From Takakia lepidozioides (taxonomy: Eukaryota; Plantae; Bryophyta), in assembly GCA_030704615.1 (NCBI GenBank), contig CM060734.1, positions 4,464,001 through 4,528,000 of the forward strand: a stretch of 64,000 bases of DNA. The letters are read 5' to 3'. Position 1 is the first letter of the stretch. Each line of letters begins with the position of its first letter. Below, piece after piece: positions 36,001 to 48,346 of this stretch. A program made the translations under genes and the position numbers. The notes under the pieces were generated by a model that was given only the letters and a program-made list of their open reading frames with translations, was not told where the DNA came from and searched no databases.

Positions 36001-39000
36001 TGGTTGTGAAACCCCCGCGGACAGCTACAGAAGTATATATAGGGAGTATTAACCCCAAGAACGGTGCAAGCCCGTTGGTGACCAAAAACTAGTGAGTAAG
36101 CAAGCGAGCCGGAAAGCGACCAAAGAGTGGGGAGCTGTTCCGGACTGCCACTACCAAAGGGAATTCCCGCTGGTTCCAAATCGGTGGAGGGTTCTTTGGG
36201 AGAACAAAGGGGGACCGTTATGTCCCGGTGAGCAGCCGAAGCTCCAAGTTGGCCCGACGGCCAGGTTGGGAGTCAGGTGCGTGCATCAAAGCGAGTAACT
36301 ATGACGTGAAGGGGAGCTTACCGAAGGGAGGTGCGCGACACTTGGTATCAGAGCTTAGAGTTCAGTACGCGATCGTCCTTGGGATTGGCCTCATCATGGG
36401 GTCGGGCAAGCTGAAGCGAAAGCGGAACGGCCCAAAAGATGATGATCCTGGTGAGCCCGATGGGGGCGACGTGTCACCGAGGCAGCCGTTTGAGGAAGCG
36501 ATGAATGTTTCCGAAAACGAGGCCGCTCAAGAGCGGGAGGAATCCGAGGAGTCGGAGCCCGAGGAATCCTTGAGAGCTCCGACAAACCAAGAGATGCCTC
36601 CCATGCCGGCAGCCTTTTGGGAAGGATTGTTGGCGCAGTTTGGCGGGACGTTGAAAGACGTGTTGAAGGCGGCTAATGCCACTTCCACTAAGGCAAAGTT
36701 TAAGGTGAAGCCTAAGGAACCCGGCACCTTCGAGGGCGTTCAAAATCGGAAGGCACTCAACACCTGGCTCCTGGAGCTAGAGCAGTACTTCCGGGCGGCC
36801 AAGTTGAGTGACGAGGATCGGGTGGAAGTGGCTCCCACCTATTTGAGAGGCTATGCTCAACAATGGTGGCAGAAACGCCTTCACGACCGAGGCCCAAGCC
36901 CGGAAACCTTGAACTGGAGTGGGTTCAAGGAATTGATGAAGAGACAGTTTGTGCCCCTCAACGCATCCTGGCTTGCCCGGGACAAGATGAGGAATTTGAA
37001 GCAAACAGATGACATTCGGGGGTATGTCCAGGCTTTCAATGTGCAATTGCTCGAAGTCGCGGACATGGCAGAACCAGAAATGGTCTTCAACTTTGTGGCG
37101 GGGCTGGCCCCATAGGCCAGGCGGAAGTTGGAGGAGAAGCCACCCAAGACTTTGAACGAGGCAATTGAGAGGGCTGAATGTTTCTCGGATGTCCCTAAGG
37201 ATGAGAGACAAGGCCGTACGGAGCTGAACCACAAGAAGACCCGGCGGGAAGGTGACTCCTTCCGACCGGAAAAGAAGTGGGATAGGCCACGCGGCGACAA
37301 TGGCACGTGGAAATCGAAGGGAGGACCTTCACACGTCAAGGCGGCACCCGTGCTTCGAAAGGAAAAGCGGGTGGAGCGGCTTATGGCGGGCAGAAGGCGA
37401 CCTTTTGATGGAGTGTGTTTCAATTGCGGGGAGCCCGGGCACATGGCCAAGAAGTGCACAAAACCCTCGTCAATTGAACCATGACTTGGGCAAGCCACGG
37501 AAGCTGTCGGAAGATACCATCAGTCGCCTGTCGGAAGATACCATCAGTCGCTTGGTGGAAGCGGTGGTTGCCAGGACTTGCAAGGTAGGCAACTATTCTG
37601 TTGAGTTGTATCAGGAAACTGGCGCCCTGCGTAAGTGGAGTCAGTTATTGTTCGTGGATGGATATATCCGGAACTAACGTGTCGTTGTTTGTGGACACAG
37701 AGCGTCGCACTCCTTCATGATGCCGGCGACGGCGCGAAAGTTGGGACTCCCGACAAGTGACGTGGGCCCTCTTATTGAGGTGCGTCTGCCAAAGGAGAAC
37801 CACAGTTGGCGACAAGGTTGGCGTTTGATGTTCCTCTTCAACTAGGGATTTTGGGAGGGACGTGAGAACTTCACCATCTGCGAGATCGATGGGGAGTGGG
37901 ATCTCATTTTGGGGATGGACCTTTTTGAGCAAATCCGGAGCGGTCATAGATGGCCGCAGAGAGTGGTCACGCTGCCATGTGGGAATGGTGGCGAGGTTTT
38001 ACGAGTGTCTGAAACGCCCAATCTGTGGGAGGGCGAATAAACTTCTGTCAGCAAGGGGGTGGGCCGTGGAGGAGGCACACACGAGCCCGCAGTTTTTGCT
38101 CTACATTAGAGAAGTGAAGGGAGAAGGCGATGGAGAGCCGAGCCAAGATTGGATCAAGGGGATTTTGGAGAAATACCATGAATGTGATGCCGGAGGATTT
38201 GCCAAGCGGCTTGCCACCCATCGCGAAAATGAGTTGACCACAAGATTGAGGTGATACCGGGATCGGAACCGCCTGCCAAGGCGCCCTACCGGTTGAGCCA
38301 CAGAGAGATGGTCGAGCTAAAGACTCAGCTCAAAGATCTAATGTCAAAGGGGGTACATCCGGCCGAGTAAGTCACCTTACGGAGCCCCTGTGGCTATTTG
38401 TATATAAAAGGATGGGACGCTGCGGATGTGTGTCGACTACAGGGCTCTGAATAAGGTACTATCAAAAACCGGTAACCCTTTGTCCAAGGATCGATGACCT
38501 TTTCGATCGGTTGGCAGGAGCGAAGTATTTCAGCCGGATCGATCTGCGCTCCAGCTATCATCAAATTCGAGTGGCGGAAGGAGATGAGGAGAAGACCGCG
38601 TGCAGGACAAGGTATGGTTCATACGAGTTTTTGGTGATGCCTTTTGGGCTCACCAATGCACCCGCGACCTTTAGCACGCTAATGAACAGCCTTTTTCAGG
38701 AGTGGTTGGATGACTTTGTGATTGTGTACATCGACGACATCTTGGTGTACTCGAAAACAAAGGAGGAGCACCTGAGCAACCTCAAAAGGGTATTCCAAAA
38801 TTTGCGGGAAGGGAAGCTGTATGCCAAAGCTTCAAAGTGCGAATTCGGGGTCACGAAAGTGGAGTTCTTGGGCATGTGATTACACAGGATGGATCAAAAT
38901 GGATGACAGAAAGGTGAGGGCGATCTTGGACTGGGAGACTCCGACTTCGGTCCCGGGAGTGCGATCCTTCCTAGGACTCGCCTCCTAGGAATCTGATTGC

Positions 39001-42000
39001 AAAAACTTGTATTGTACAAAACGTGCTATAAATGAAACGGATTCCAAATGTTGTGCGTCCTATTTTGTTTGGAATGGTGATGCATGGTATGGTTGGCTAG
39101 TGTGTAGAATGCATGCTAGCTTATAAAAGTGGGAGAGGTAAATTGGGTTAATCGTGTATTTGTGTAGTGCCGAAATCGGGTGACCCCCATCCAAGGGGCA
39201 AGGAACTTGCGCCTTCTTTGGGGAGTTCACGTGCCTAGTGCGCACTTGGCGGCGTGCGCGTACTATACTGCGCTATCGAGGGGGTTGCCTTGTAGTGCGG
39301 GCTAACGCGGAAGCCACGTGCTTCCGTTCACGTACTATAATCGTGTAGCCTCGGGACGAAGTCGTAGTGCGGCTTCGGCGTGTTCCCGTACCTCAGGCCA
39401 GCATTCCAAGGCGGACCCAATTGTAGTGATTGGGGCGCACGGTTGGTTCAAAGTTTATCTTCCTAGTCAAAGGGGTTCCAGGTGAACCCTTGCTCAAGGT
39501 GATGCCAAAAGCGGCATCATGAGCGGTCGCAAGCAATGTTGTTGCAGTAAGGCGATTCGATCCTCGGAGGATCGTTCCTTGGCCTTGAAGTAGGCCAAGA
39601 AGAGTGCACTGGGAGGAGCTGGAGAGGCTCCACCCTTGGCCGGTACTTGGAGGAAGTCGGCCGAACTAGCTAGTGGAGAGTAGAGTCAAGTGTGGAGTTT
39701 GGTTCTTTGCCATGGGACGCCATGTTGCGGAAACAAACTCCTTGATGTGGGACGCCACAACTTGGATGTTTCGTTTCTACAAATGGAAATGGGTGGTGGT
39801 AGGCAATGGGTGGTGGTAGGCTTAGCTTCGTGACTTAGTTGGCTGGTGGGCATAGGTGGACTCACCATGGGGGGTGGCTGGGACCTCGTGGTGGGATCGT
39901 TGGGGAGTTTGTACTCATCACGTCCATAGGGGCCGTGGTGAGTGGGCCAAGACTCACCGCGACTCATCACCGGGAGTCGAGGGTTTTCGTGGTGGTTCGC
40001 CATAAAATGGCATGGCTGGTTATGAACCCCCGTGGACAGCTACAGAATATATATAGGGAGTAGTAACCCCCGAGAACGTGCAAGCCCGTTGATGACCAAA
40101 AACTATTGAGTAAGCGAGCGAGCCGGAAGCGACCAAGAGTGGGGAGCTGTTCCGGACTGCCATCTACGATGGGAATTCCCATTAGTCCCAAATAGGTAGT
40201 GGAGGTTTATTGGGACGCAAGGGGACCGTTATGTCCCGGTGAGCAGCCGAAGCTCCAAGTTGTGCCCGGGCGGCCAGGTTGGGAGTCAGGCGCGCGCATC
40301 AAAGCGAGTAACTATGACTTGGAAGGGGAGCTTACCGAAGGGAGTTGCGCGACATCGTGTGTGGCACCGCTGAGAGTCTTCTCCTCCGTGAGTCTGTACA
40401 CATCTAACTGCTGCTGTAGGGACCTCCATGCTCTTCGCATGAGGTTCAACCAGACCCCGCATGGCAGCAGCCAGATTATTGGCTTCCTTCCAAGCCTTGT
40501 TAGCCACAGAGATTCATTTCTATTGACCATAACTGTTTTGCAACTCCGGGATTACCTTCTCTTGGTCGGCCTCACCTTTTGGTATTTGTTTGAAAGTATT
40601 CATCATCTCATTGCGATAGATTGTATTTTCATATCAACAATGAGTTTTCGTTTGCTCTAAATATCTCCGCTTCTGCCCTCATACTCTCTCTCTCTCCTTG
40701 CTGTTAACTTCTAATGCCAGTTTGCTCAAGAGTAGTTGTGAGTGTAGCACATTGTATGGTCATCTACTCATGTACGCCGTCCAACTCTGTATGTAATACA
40801 TTCACTTCTTGCAACTTGCCCTCATGCTTCACCTACAATTGGTATAACTGTTGCTTATGCTCGAGGCCTGCTTCAATCAAATGTCCCTTGGCCAACTGCA
40901 AAGCAGCCTTTGTGTCCTCCAACTCTTTACTTTGCTGTAACTTGAGATAAATCACCTCCTCATCTACCTTGTTAGCACACTCAGTGGCAATTCAAGCCTC
41001 AAAGCTCCTTCCTGAGTTCCTCCTCAAGCTGCCAATTGGGTAGAGGGAACATGGGATTTCATATAAGTGCCCAAAAATTAAGTGTCCTGCTTATTGGAAC
41101 TCATAAGCATGGCCTGCTGAGGTCATCATGGTGAACTTGCTGCTGTTCTCCTCTCCGATCCTCCATAGTGTGATGCTCACCAACCATTCGGGCCATTGCC
41201 CCACCAGATTCTCTTCCTGAACCACCTCATCCTCCACAGGTGCTGCAGTGTCCTGATATTCTACCCGTGGTACCTAACCCTCCGTCACACAGGTGTGGGT
41301 ATAACATGCACAGCAGGGTTTTCCCTGGACAACCGCTGCACCCGGAACCACTGATTCCCTTACCAAGCCAGAGTTTTCATAGAGAAGGTCACCTTGTCAA
41401 TCTCGGCCACGACCTGCTCTGTAGTGGGAATGTCCAACTTTTCTCCTATTCTCCGTCCGGAATTGGGGGTTGTGTCATAGCATACTCTAACTGTGGAACC
41501 TCTAAGACAACTGAGTCAACTGCCTGTGTGGCTGTGGTATCGAATTGACTTCCTCTTCCCTCTCCGAAGGCCGTGCTTCCAATAATAACAGCCTTCTGTG
41601 CTGCTGTGCCCCATCCTGCACAAGAGCTTGGAAACATCATCTTGCGGTTTCCGTGAAGCCAGTGGATCCGCCACTACAGTCATACCCCACTTCTGTCTCT
41701 TAGACTGGTGTTGCCCTACCAATCCACCCTCACTATGTGAAGAACCCTGCTCTTCAATTGCAGTGGTTTCTGCCTCAAAACACTCCTATCTCCTCCTTAC
41801 GTTCCCGATTATCAAGTATGCAAGAATCAAGAATGATTTGGGCAATGACTGGACCAGACCAATGATCGGAGACTTAGCAGAAGTGCCCTATACCTCTTCA
41901 TCTCGTCCACCAGACCATTATCCTTAACAACATCCGCCCAAGCTACATCCTCTCTCCCTCAAAGCTTCAGATCTCCTCTGTGATGACCTGCTCAAAATAC

Positions 42001-42909
42001 TGTTGGTTATGTTTCATGGCAAACAGAATGTTCAATATTTGGCCAACTTCTCTGAGCCTTGGGTACTCGACTTTGGTACAAGCGTAACCTTGAGTCTTAA
42101 AGAAACTCCCTTCTTGGAACAAATCCCCTATCTCTGCAATCTTGCCCGTGCTCATCCACATCCACATGACCTGATGAACTCAAACAATTGCTGCAGGTAC
42201 TAAGGAGTAATTTCTATATCTACTCCTACTCCCCTCACCTGGGTAACTCCTGTCCGAGGTTCAAAGTTCTGAAGAATTGAATCATATACTGCCGATGATG
42301 CAAGGACCAGTCCTTGCGTAGCACCCCCTCCAATCGCAACTCCCTTAGCAGCTGCACTGCCTGCGGTGCTGCAATTGTTTGGCTTCGTTCTGCAGAATCG
42401 TGGTGCTCTTCACCCGATATCCTCCATTCCCCTCACTCTCTTCATTCTAGACAAACAAAAAGGCTTTGTTTGAAAGACTGAAGGAAAAGCTTGCAGGGCA
42501 GCGAGCATGAAGGTATGGTTGGCACACAAATGGAACAGGTAGAGTGCGTGTAAGCATGTGGGGCTTGCAAGTATCGAGTGAGAGACAATGTACTCTCAAT
42601 TCGTCCGTCCTTGCGCCACTGCGTGAGAAGTAAAGCGAGTGTGTAATCCGTTACATCCACCATAGCTACAAAGCTAGTGCTTTGATTGCCCTTCCCATCG
42701 AGACACTGGCTATTCGGAGCCACCCCCGACTCTTCCGCTCATAACACTTCCTATTCTTGTTCTTGTTCTTGGAGGGAACCACCTGCATGTAATCGAACTC
42801 CTGATTGGCTGTTGCCTGCTTAGTACTTCTTAATCCATTCCTTAAATTCCATCCCCCCCCTCCGTGACATTCCCACCTGGAATGTCCAGTAGGACAACAC
42901 ATGTGGCAT

Positions 42910-42966
<57 letters not shown>

Positions 42967-44540
42967 CTGTACTCTGAAAGGGTTCCGTTACCCTTACTCT
43001 GAATGCATTAATGGGCCCACAAATAGTCTTAGCGGCTGTACCGGGTAGATACTTTGATGGCCCAATTTGTCTTCTTGCATGATGAGATCCACTCTTGCAA
43101 TCGATGCAGTGCGGTGTGCTTCGCCTTAGTGGCCACGTGTCCGTTTCTAGACATGCCCCCGACTTCCCCTCTCCGCGTGACATATTCTCCAAGTTTGACT
43201 TCCAAACTTCTTCTTCTCTCTTCTTCACTTGATGACCACTTTTCCTGACGTTAATTTGCTTCCACACCTGTCACTGACCCTATGGACTGTGTAACCTGCA
43301 TGGGTTGTGTTGCTGTGACAGGTTGTGTGTGCACTGTGATGGGTTGTGATAGGCTGTGTTACACTGTGATGGGTTGTGATAGGCTGTGTCACGCTGTGAT
43401 GTGCTGTGATAGCAATGCAAACACCTGTACTTCCCGCCCTGGTCATACACGCTCGGCTTAGCGACAAGTGCTCCATACTCCGTTGGTATCACTGGCGCAG
43501 CCCGTGACTGTTTTTGCGTTTCAACATGCAAATCATGCTGCATCAATGGTTTGTCATGGATACCACTATACCCCTTCAACTTATTGGCATTGACTCTTCC
43601 CACAGCATTTCTTTGTTACTGGTTTGTAGCATGGCGGTGTTATTATCATACATCTTTTGTATGACATAAGGTCCTTTCCATGGTGATTTAAGCTTAGAAG
43701 CTTAATCTTCCCCTTCTTTTCAACCACAGTAACCAATCTCCCCATCTTAAAAGTCTTTAATTTACCTCCATCAAACTGATCCTTCCTCTTCATCTGAATT
43801 CTGGTCATGTTATCAGCTGCATCAGCACGTACTTCTTCCACATGGTATAATTCATGTTTCCTGACCTTAATTGAATCTTCCAATTCCATTCTCCTTCCCC
43901 CCATTCAATTCTATGTAGGTAACAAGAATTCCACTGGAAGTAAAAGCTTCCATACGATAAACTAATTGGAATGGTGTACTTAGTGGTGATTTTATATGAA
44001 GTCCTGTATGACCACAAAGCTGTCAGCACTTGTATCCCAATCTGTTCTATTTGCATTGACCATCTTAGCCAAGATAGTACATAGTATTTTGTTGAGCCTC
44101 TGCTTGCCCATTACCCTGTGGGTAATATGTTGTACTCTTCATATGCACAATCATGAACTCTTTAGTCAATAGTTCAATGGTCTCATTAATGAAGTGACTT
44201 CCCTGGTCACTGATAAATTCCAGGGACAACCAAATCGTGTAAGTATGTTCTCATACATGAACCTTGCTGTGGACTTTTCGCTGTGTTGTCCCTCAGAGCT
44301 TTGTAGCTTCCACCCACTTCGTAGTATAATCAGTGGCTGTAATTATGTACTTGTTCTGTGTATTCTTGGCTGGTGGGTTAATGGTCCAACAAAGTCTAGT
44401 CCCCATTTCTGAATGGTTCAGTAGGCATCGTAGGATGCAAGCCATCTTCCCAGATCTCTGCAAAGGCCTAGCCTCTGACACTCATCACAACTCTGATAAT
44501 ACTTGTGTACATCTTTGAACAAAGTAGGCCACCAGTAACC
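33065..44540 (-). mobile_element. Family A copy, 3' half: integrase part, 3' ORFs, PPT and complete 3' LTR (34112-33065), interrupted by a chromovirus
   Basis: Matches 16463-19323. PPT GAGAGGGGGAGGGGTAAA precedes TGTTAG, and the LTR ends TCGACA. Additional unexplained ORFs lie at 35620-34152. Confidence 0.85.
35625..40354 (+). mobile_element. Family C chromovirus copy, internally deleted (no RH/INT)
   Basis: LTRs 35625-36340 and ~39800-40354; PBS TGGTATCAGAGC; TSD TCGTG on both sides; gag, PR and RT (YIDD); deletion junction near 38985. Confidence 0.88.
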
Positions 44541-47299
44541 TCGCAAGGGGGGCTGCTATTTCATGAGCGGCATGAGCATGAGCGGAAAAAAAAAAAACAT
44601 GAGCAGACCATTGTGAGTCCACGGAAATAGGGTTATGTGAAGTTGAATGTGGCACCAGTGGGACTGAAATGCAACACCTTTATTGCAAATTTTGTGCAAG
44701 CCACGTCTATACAAGTGTGTTCTAACTGTCATAGCCGGAATGGGCAACTACTCTCCTACACCCTCCGAGGCACTTGCCCCACCTTCCTTCCTCATCCCCC
44801 TCATCCCCCTCATCCTCCGAGCTCTGTGATGCATCAGTTCCACTATGCCTCTCAAAAATCCCGTCCTCTCCTTGGGGGACTGTCCACCTCACCTCCTGGG
44901 AACTTCTCTGCATCTTCTCCCCCACTTTCCTCAGCAGAATCCAAACAATCTACGAGCCCGACGGGCTCTAATAGCTGCTGCCGCTCCTCCTCCCTCATCT
45001 TCATTTTCTTGAGGCTTGCCTCGTCTAAAATCTGCTGTACACGACTAGGTTCGGAACACCTCCTAATGGACACCGAAGCAAGCCGGGCAGCATAAGTAGG
45101 AAGGATGTACTCCCTTTTCTGGACTAGGCATGAAATCCCCCCTGGCAAAAACAGGCACGTTCCTCCTGCTGCCCATGAACTCCGGTTTAGACGTCCCTTC
45201 GGCAGTACTTGACATCCACAGTAAGAACAAATCCACTTCAAGATGTCAATACCAGCACACAACCAGAAAGGGTTTTCAATGAAATAGAGAGCGGAGGGAG
45301 GTGCCTCACGAAAATCTGGAGGCAACTTACAATGCCAACCACTCCTCGTAAACCGGGGCTCCTCGTCCAGTCGATCCCAACTTCCTAACGTCCTTAACTT
45401 CCTCCCCCTGCTTCCTCTCGGATTTTTCCTCATCTCCTCCGAGGATGCCTCTTCCTCTTTCGGCAGACGTTCAAGCCGCTGCAAGTTCCGAGTTGTGGAG
45501 GGCAGTATCTGGCTCGAAGGCGAACACATGCCCTGTCGGACAACTTCCCTGCCTACATTGAAGCACCTGAGGAACAAAGCGGGCGGGTTTATAGCTTGCG
45601 GCATGCAATTGCAATCGGGCCAGGGGACAAACTGAGCACGTGAAGGCTTACCCGTGCCGCATGTGAGGTCCAGAATCCGCCCTTGGACATCCGAGCACGT
45701 CTCCATGAGGTTTGGATGAAAGCAGGGCTCCGGGCCGGCTGTACCCCGCCACGGTTTGCCTGTCTTTGTGTCCTTCGGGCATACTGGAGTGGGGCACATT
45801 GTTGTGAGGAACATCGTAGGTTACAGGGTCCACAGCGGCATCAACAAGACGACCGTCGTTGCGGAATTTGAACGTAGACCCTCTCTTCACAAAGCAATAT
45901 GCCTCAAACACCAATGTCCTGCACATCCACAAAGAAGGATCAACTCCAAGGTCTACTTAACATACACCACAATATGAAGTGAATGCAATAGATTGATAAC
46001 TTACACTTTGGCCCTCTGTTCGCAACCCCTGTGTACTAATGTAGACCATATTCTGAGGAGGACCGGGGTGACACTTTTTGGTGTCCACCTTGCCACCCGC
46101 ATTCTCTGTGGTCTTCCCTCTCGTGGCAAGGACAACCACCACATCCACCGTCATCCAGAAGCATCCCCGCCAGCCCAAACCCGACTTTCCAGTAGTCCTC
46201 AGTAAACCTGTTCTAGGTGGGCACACCATCCAGGCCCCTCCAGCAGCTCCCAATCTGAATGTCGAGAGAATCATGTCGTAAGCTCTCTCCACCTCAACCC
46301 AACCCCCCCCCCTGAGTGCTCTTGCAATTCATGCTCACAGTCGTGAAGAATTCCCATCATGGCTTCAAACCAGGGGTGTCTTTTAGGCTCCTGTTACCGC
46401 CAGCCCTCTTCTTGGCTTTCCCCTTCTGCTCCGCCAGAGACTTGTTTTGTGCCACCTTCTCGCCCTTGCGCGAGAAGCGTCAAGGACGCTCTCATTGACG
46501 CCATGATGAGTGGTTGGAGGTTCTAGCTTTGGCCTGTGCGTAAACGTTCACCGCGCCGAATACCGCCTTGTAGGTTCCGCCCTCAAATGCCAACTTCTTG
46601 CCAGCAGCCCCCACTCCGAACTGACTTGGGAACCCGGACGACCGGTGACTGGGTAGGAGCAACAGCAGTCGCAGGACTTGAACAAAGTCGTCGTCCGAGT
46701 CACTCTCTTGGGTCCCCTCCTGCCCTCCTCCGATGCCCCGATGGTTTTCTTCTTTTTGGGTGTACTGCACTCACCTGTTTCCTTGTCCTTTTCCTTTGGC
46801 CTTACTCTTCTCATGCAATTTCCTCCTGAATTCCTGCGGAGCAAGCTCTACTACCGCTTTCCTGGAGTTCGCAAGCACTTTGCCTCTTTTGCACCCCAAC
46901 GGAGGCAGCAGAGCCCGGTTTCGTCGGAATTCAGCATCCAGCTTCAATTGAAACTCGGATGGGTCGAGCGAGCCGGGCGGAAGGTCCACATACCAAGGGC
47001 AATCACGCAAATGTTCCAGATGCCACTCCTTCACAATATCGTCAGTGTACATGGAGTCAGCCCCAGGGTTCCTCCATGCCAGGAAGAATGGTGGCTCGAA
47101 AGACAGATGACCTTTCTCCAAAAGGGAGAACTTGCAGTACCTGCATTCATGAAAAACACAATGAGGTCCCTGAAATGCATATTCGGTCACCATTTTTCCC
47201 AGGTTGGGGCGGATGTGAGTGGGCCTAGAAATGGAAAATGGCGCCGAATTTCGGTTTTCGGTGACTGCCACCCTAGGGACTTAGCCATCTTGGGAGCCC

Positions 47300-47985
47300 T
47301 GAACTGGAAATTCGGTGCCATTTTTCCCGGTTTGGCCCGAATTTCCAGTTCGGGGCCAGCCACCCTAGGGACTTAGCCCGAAAATGGCCAAGTCCCTGAA
47401 CGGCAATAGGGCCTAGAACTGGAAAATGGCGCCGAATTTCCAGTTCGGGGCCAGCCACCCTAGGGACTTAGCCCGAAAATGGCCAAGTCCCTGAACGGCA
47501 ATAGGGCCTAGAACTGGAAAATGGCGCCGAATTTCCAGTTCGGGGCCAGCCACCCTAGGGACTTAGCCCGAAAATGGCCAAGTCCCTGAACGGCAATAGG
47601 GCCTAGAACTGGAAAATGGCGCCGAATTTCCACTTCGGGGCCAGCCACCCTAGGGACTTAGCCCGAAAATGGCCAAGTCCCTGAACGGCAATAGGGCCTA
47701 GAACTGGAAAATGGCGCCGAATTTCCAGTTCGGGGCCAGCCACCCTAGGGACTTAGCCCGAAAATGGCCAAGTCCCTGAACGGCAATAGGGCCTGGAACT
47801 GGAAAATGCGCCGAATTTCCAGTTCCGGGCCAGCCAGTCTAGGGACTTAGCCCGAAAATGGCCAAGTCCCTGAACGGCAATAGGGCCTAGAACTGGAAAA
47901 TGGCGCCGAATTTCCAGTCAGGGCCAGCTAGTCTAGGGACTTAGCCATTTTCGGAGCCCTGACTGGAAATTCGGCGCCATTTTCC
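47300..47985. repeat. 95-bp tandem repeat, ~7 near-identical copies, each with a hairpin palindrome
   Basis: CACCCTAGGG recurs at 47361, 47456, 47551, 47646 and 47741. The unit contains GAACTGGAAAATGGCGCCGAATTTCCAGTTC. Confidence 0.95.
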
Positions 47986-48346
47986 CTAACACCACATGAG
48001 GCCTCTAACATCCTGAAATGCAAGGACTTGAAAGAAAGGCAGCGCGTATGTACCTGTACAGAAGGCGCATTGCTGCTTTGTCCGCGTTTGGCTGGTCGGT
48101 GAACTCGTGGCTCCGGCGAGCATCTGCTATCTCCCGAAAGAATAGGTTGGTTTTGTAGAGCAGAAAGTACCTCGTCACATAATCACGTAGGCTCTCTGCT
48201 GCAGGAGATATCTCCATCTTGAACTGATGTGCTTGTGTGTCCAGCTGCTCTTGCGCATTCGTCGTCACCTGTGGAGATTCTCCATCATATCGCTTTCCTG
48301 AAAAAATACAATGAATCCACCCCCTACTAGAGTAGAAGCCCCAAAC

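Noticed and set aside
47300-47985. CRISPR array
   Set aside because: The units are identical over their full 95 bp, so there are no unique spacers.
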